Shown: one piece after another, positions 60,265 to 64,000 of the stretch
Layout: every line of letters starts with the position of its first letter
Position numbering within the stretch: position 1 is the first letter of the stretch
Source: Macrostomum hystrix
Lineage: Eukaryota > Animalia > Platyhelminthes
Assembly (NCBI GenBank): GCA_950097015.1
Contig: CATNEN010000039.1
Coordinates: 4,030,001-4,094,000, forward strand
Direction of reading: 5' to 3'
Length of the DNA: 64,000 bases
Position numbers and translations under genes: made by a program
Notes under the pieces: generated by a model
What the model was told of the DNA's origin: nothing
Database searches by the model: none
The model's input: the letters and a program-made list of their open reading frames with translations, nothing else

Positions 60265-62029
60265 CTGCTGCTTCTCTAAAAAGGCTTCTGGTAAGGCTTG
60301 CCACTGTAACACCCAAATGTATTATTTAACCTCATCTCCCCCTACTGAATGCTATACAGTAATTGTTTAGTTGCTCACTAATATTCAGTTATAATGATGA
60401 TCACTACTAGTTAGTTTCCGTGTCTTTCTTTGAGTCAATGTGTTTTTGTACCCTCCTGTTGTTTTTAATAAACACTGCTGAAACAGTTCGGCTTCTGCTT
60501 ATAAAAAGTTAACCTAATTGCTTATTCTTGTTTGTTAAACAGATCCCCTACAAGATAAATTTGACACTAATATGATTTGAAAATGCTGTTTAAAATATCG
60601 CTACATTTCAGTTGGTTAAAGTTGTTCACCAGTTTTGTTTTCTATTCAATTTACCTGCAAATTTTTTTATTTAGTGAATTGCTGAAACTGGACACACGCG
60701 GTCACCTCAATCACAGTTTATTTAATATGCCTAAAACTGTAGGCCTTCTTAAGTCTCCGATCGCTTTATTCATGAAGTTTGTGCCACTTTGCACAATCAG
60801 TTTTTGTCATTTATTTATTGATGCGGCATCGATCATTGATGTCCATTTGTTGCTGTTCTTTTTTCCTGAGTCATTTTTTGTCAAGCGTCTCCGAGGCGAG
60901 ACAGCGTACCTTGATTGTTGATTATTATTAAACATAGATAAACTTATTGAATGTCTACATATTTATGTATTGCACTTTCAGTGTACAAATACGAAAGTAA
61001 GACCTGTACTTTTATTTGAGATTGCGGTGAAGAATTTGAGTCTTTCATGTGAGTTCGCTTTTTCCATCTGTTCCAATGCCGCACTAGCTTGTACTAGCTT
61101 GATGATTTTCGCCTCTCAGCTTCTCTGCTTCACATTGCTGGCAGTGTTAAGCATGGTAGCCTCTACTGTTTGAATAAAAAAAAAGATTAACGGAGAAAGT
61201 AGTGATTGATCGCTAATCCTCTTGGCACTGCTAGCTAGCTGGGCTGTGGAAGAAAGAAAATTGATTTTTGTCTTCTTCTGGTATCCGATAAGCGCTTTCC
61301 TGTGCTTGCTCGTCTGTCATCATCAGTTTATTGTTGCCATGCTATTGTTTCATTTCCGATAGTTAAAGGTAAATCTTAAAATTCGCTGATTTTCTATTAA
61401 AATCAATTAACTAGCATATGCATAGCACAGCTTGATTTTAATAAGGCCGGGATAATTTAGTTAGAATTTACTTTAGCCATAGTAAATTATTGTCTATTTG
61501 ACATTTCCAATCGATAATATAGATAGCTGCTCATTTTCCACAGGCACTAAGCTGGACAATGTTCTATTCTATAATTTGTAAGTTATTATCCTCCTAATAT
61601 TTTCTGTAAAAAGTAATCTAACTTGTGCTTTCGTAGTTGGTTTGTTTATTTATTTGTCCTGATATCTGTCGGCTGTTAGGAGGCTGCGAAGATATGTGAG
61701 AATGTTCTGCTCTGACTTTGATTATCTGCTTGTTTATCTTCATTTTTATTGAAAATCCTTTTGAATCGTTTTCTGACTGCCTCCAATGCCGGCTCACTGA
61801 GAACTGAGCATGGCTCCGTGTCTGGGAAATAAAGTTCAATTTAATAGCAAATCTAGGTTTTACAGTCGATAATGAAGCACTATTTAACAAAAAGCAGCAG
61901 AATGGCAGTCTTCTGATTATGCCACTTAACTTTTTTGTTATCTTGCGGCATCTGACAATGCGATTTGTGATATATTTCAACTAATTCACAAACAACAACT
62001 AGGAAAACACAGATATCCACCAATACCTA

Positions 62030-63950
62030 GAGAATCCCAACCAATATCTACAGAATCCCCTCTAATCCGGAGAGAATCGCAACCAATATCTACAGAATCC
62101 CCACTAATCCGGAGAGAATCCCAACCAATATCTACAGAATCCCCTCTAATCCGGAGAGAATCCCAACCAATATCTACAGAATCCCCTCTAATCCGGAGAG
62201 AATCCCAACCAATATCTACAGAATCCCCTCTAATCCGGAGAGAATTGCAACCAATATCTACAGAATCCCCTCTAATCCGGAGAGAATCCCAACCAATATC
62301 TACAGAATCCCCTCTAATCCGGAGAGAATTGCAACCAATATCTACAGAATCCCCTCTAATCCGGAGAGAATTGCAACCAATATCTACAGAATCCCCTCTA
62401 ATCCTGAGAGAATCCCAACCAATATCTACAGAATCCCCTCTAATCCTGAGAGAATCCCAACCAATATCTACAGAATCCCCACTAATCCTGAGAGAATCCC
62501 AACCAATATCTACAGAATCCCCTCTAATCCGGAGAGAATTGCAACCAATATCTACAGAATCCCCACTAATCCTGAGAGAATCCCAACCAATATCTACAGA
62601 ATCCCCTCTAATCCGGAGAGAATCCCAACCAATATCTACAGAATCCCCTCTAATCCGGAGAGAATCCCAACCAATATCTACAGAATCCCCACTAATCCGG
62701 AGAGAATCCCAACCAATATCTACAGAATCCCCTCTAATCCGGAGAGAATCTCAACCAATATCTACAGAATCTCCTCTAATCCGGAGAGAATATCCCAACC
62801 AATATCTACAGAATCCCCTCTAATCCGGAGAGAATCCCAACCAATATCTACAGAATCCCCTCTAATCCGGAGAGAATCCCAACCAATATCTACAGAATCC
62901 CCTCTAATCCGGAGAGAATCCCAACCAATATCTACAGAATCCCCTCTAATCCGGAGAGAATCCCAACCAATATCTACAGAATCCCCTCTAATCCGGAGAG
63001 AATCCCAACCAATATCTACAGAATCCCCTCTAATCCTGAGAGAATCTCAACCAATATCTACAGAATCCCCTCTAATCCGGAGAGAATCTCAACCAATATC
63101 TACAGAATCCCCTCTAATCCGGAGAGAATCTCAACCAATATCTACAGAATCCCCTCTAATCCGGAGAGAATCCCAACCAATATCTACAGAATCTCCCTGA
63201 ATCCCCACTAATCCGGAGAGAATCCCAACCAATATCTACAGAATCCCCTCTAATCCGGAGAGAATCCCAACCAATATCTACAGAATCCCCACTAATCCGG
63301 AGAGAATCCCAACCAATATCTACAGAATCTCCCTGAATCCCCTCTAATCCGGAGAGAATTGCAACCAATATCTACAGAATCCCCTCTAATCCGGAGAGAA
63401 TCCCAACCAATATCTCCCTGAATCCCCTCTAATCCGGAGAGAATCCCAACCAATATCTACAGAATCCCCTCTAATCCGGAGAGAATCCCAACCAATATCT
63501 ACAGAATCCCCTCTAATCCGGAGAGAATCCCAACCAATATCTACAGAATCCCCACTAATCCGGAGAGAATCCCAACCAATATCTACAGAATCCCCTCTAA
63601 TCCGGAGAGAATCCCAACCAATATCTACAGAATCCCCACTAATCCGGAGAGAATCCCAACCAATATCTACAGAATCCCCACTAATCCGGAGAGAATCCCA
63701 ACCAATATCTACAGAATCCCCACTAATCCGGAGAGAATCCCAACCAATATCTACAGAATCCCCTCTAATCCGGAGAGAATCCCAACCAATATCTACAGAA
63801 TCCCCTCTAATCCGGAGAGAATCCCAACCAATATCTACAGAATCCCCTCTAATCCGGAGAGAATCCCAACCAATATCTACAGAATCCCCTCTAATCCGGA
63901 GAGAATCCCAACCAATATCTACAGAATCTCCCTGAATACCCTCTAATCCC
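62030..63950. repeat. 42-bp minisatellite (AATCCCAACCAATATCTACAGAATCCCCTCTAATCCGGAGAG)
   Basis: About 45 copies. Confidence 0.97.
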
Positions 63951-64000
63951 AACAGAACCCCCCTCTCAACATCTACAGAATGCACACCAATCCGACCAAT

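Noticed and set aside
58913-60370. Long ORFs (485, 465, 357 aa) of repeated FNIHFSPR / KRGEKWIL
   Set aside because: Translations of a 24-bp minisatellite that is open in several frames on both strands. No unique coding context.

Overview
Eukaryotic, intron-rich animal DNA: GC-rich exons, GT-AG introns, poly-Gln tracts and a different minisatellite in most large introns and spacers. The style resembles a free-living flatworm such as Macrostomum (inference only). Gene models were built by hand from splice sites and phases. In order: an unknown coiled-coil gene (-) head-to-head with a compact spatacsin/SPG11 (+, 9 exons); a Crypton-type tyrosine-recombinase element (-) with a complete R-H-R-H-Y catalytic set, one early nonsense codon, repeat-rich ends and a stack of hairpin modules upstream; a small orphan membrane ORF; a DUR3-type urea transporter (+, 9 exons); a 9.4-kb 26-bp satellite; a probably inactive calpain-like gene (-); and a co-directional HUS1 - FUNDC1-like - INTS14 - C2H2 zinc-finger cluster whose ATGs follow unpaired splice acceptors (candidate SL trans-spliced operon). 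Also present: two tRNA-derived SINE families, a hAT MITE (8-bp TSD), a Mutator-like MITE (9-bp TSD) and about 25 minisatellites. The best novelty candidate is the recombinase locus with its hairpin modules. No database searches were run; family calls rest on recalled motifs.
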